Shown one piece after another: positions 62,501 to 64,000 of a stretch of 64,000 bases of DNA. Each line of letters begins with the position of its first letter. Position 1 is the stretch's first letter. The notes under the pieces were generated by a model that was given only the letters and a program-made list of their open reading frames with translations, was not told the origin of the DNA and did no database searches. A program made the position numbers and the translations under genes. This DNA is from Hydrolagus colliei (Eukaryota): positions 5,766,001 to 5,830,000 of the forward strand of contig CM068756.1 of NCBI GenBank assembly GCA_035084275.1. Direction: 5' to 3'.

Positions 62501-64000
62501 CATAGAAACCAGTAATAAATCACATCATCTGCAGTCATTTCCCAGTCATCTATTATATTGTTCGTATGCAAATGTTTGCTGACTGACTCTTTGACAATCC
62601 AGAAATAATTGTTTGCAAGGCGGGTTTCGTGAAAAGGGAAGAAATTCAACAAATTGAGGCTTTGCCCAGCCCTTTACAGTTTGCTATACTGTATTTACTT
62701 CTGTACCCATTGTGTTATTTTTTGTTCACCTACCTAATGTCGAGGGTTTGCTTCATTTTTATGCTCTCTTTGTTTTGCAGCCAACAATCTTTGCTGTTAT
62801 GAATACTCACTCAATAGCTGCAGAAAGATAATGGCATTTCTAACATACTTTCAAAGGGCCTTTTTTAAAAAAAACGAAAGATGTATTTAGTATTTTTAAT
62901 AAGTGTCTTCACTACTATTGAGTCAGTTTCTTTGTTCATATCAGAAGATTAATTATGCTGTCAGGCACTTTCAAGGCCTGCTTAACAAAGATTCAGTGAT
63001 ATAATGCTTTGCTTTGCAATGCCTTTTTTTTCTGCATAGCAATCAAAATCACCACTAGAAACTGTAAAATTCATTCCAGACCGGAAGTGCATTCGCACCT
63101 TATTAGGTAACAACGGTAACAAAGTAGCAAACAATTTGTTCTCAGGTTCAGATGCTACATCCGCACACATCATTAAAAACATTTATTTCTATATGTATTT
63201 ATGTTTGGGTCTCATCCTCTGCTAGTGTGGTCATAAAGCAATGTTGATGGATTGCACGAATGCGAGCAAATCGTATTAGTTTATAACTATGGAGCATAAA
63301 GACCAACAACTGAAATAAGGATTTAAATTTAAAAAATCTTCCATTTAGCTCCCTCCACATTATATTTACCACCCATCAGCACCGACACTTATGAGCAGCA
63401 GACTTCCCCTTTTTTGGTTCTTTCTCCATTAATTTGCACACTAATCATGATATAATCTACATACTGTGGACATGCTAGTAAAACTTGAAAACCCACATCA
63501 ATCAATAAAATCCTTTCCCTGAAGAAAACCTATTTACGGAGAGGGTGTTGATTAATGAACAGCCAAGTTTAAAACATTTCTATATTTATTTGGATGTTCC
63601 AAATAGACACTGCTGCAAACAGTTTATCCTTTCATATTTAAAAAAATAACAAACAGAATTGTTGTTTTACGAAGCACAGGACTGTCTCCTAGTTTAGCAA
63701 TCCTTATGACACATGTGATGAACCAGTTTGGTCATTGTATAACTGAGTTGTGTCGTAGGGTGTGGCCATAAAGTAATAGGAATCCATCTTGTCTGCAGGA
63801 AGCCAGGTGCCCTCCACTGATCAGTTTATAGAAGAGATTGCGATCACTGCAGAGACTGTTCATTGTATTTAATCCTCATACATATCTGGTATAGCTGGGT
63901 GGAGCACTGCAGAGAATGTTGATTTTTTAAATGTCTGTACATGTCATATATAACAAAAAATCACAAGATGAAGGTTTGGATGAAAAAAGGCCCTTTTGTC

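Noticed and set aside
1-64000. The remaining 60-130 aa ORFs in the track
   Set aside because: Lengths and compositions are as expected by chance in AT-rich DNA, or they are alternative frames and antisense frames of repeats.

Overview
AT-rich, CpG-poor vertebrate genomic DNA, intronic or intergenic. The repeat content points to a cartilaginous fish, possibly a holocephalan such as Callorhinchus; this is an inference. No host protein-coding exon, rRNA, true tRNA or CRISPR array can be supported. The only long ORFs are two young, 5'-truncated copies of one L2-clade LINE (36617-37543 and 54877-55693). The rest of the recognisable content is CR1 3' ends, a tRNA-headed SINE family with an L2-type tail (one copy has both ends and a TSD), Penelope-like relics (RT, GIY-YIG and a hammerhead-ribozyme core), a Harbinger/HARBI1-like transposase relic, several MITE-like inverted-repeat elements and a 284-nt N gap. 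Repeat-poor blocks look like conserved non-coding elements, but that cannot be shown from this sequence alone. I found no clearly new biological system. The most interesting signals are a covarying 3' RNA stem-loop shared by LINE and SINE lineages, an L2 ORF that reads into that stem-loop, a fold-back at a CR1 5' junction, an apparent excess and tandem stacking of TACWGTA transposon-footprint motifs, a long orphan hairpin and candidate recursive splice sites. All alignments and counts were made by eye, so boundaries of old repeats are approximate.
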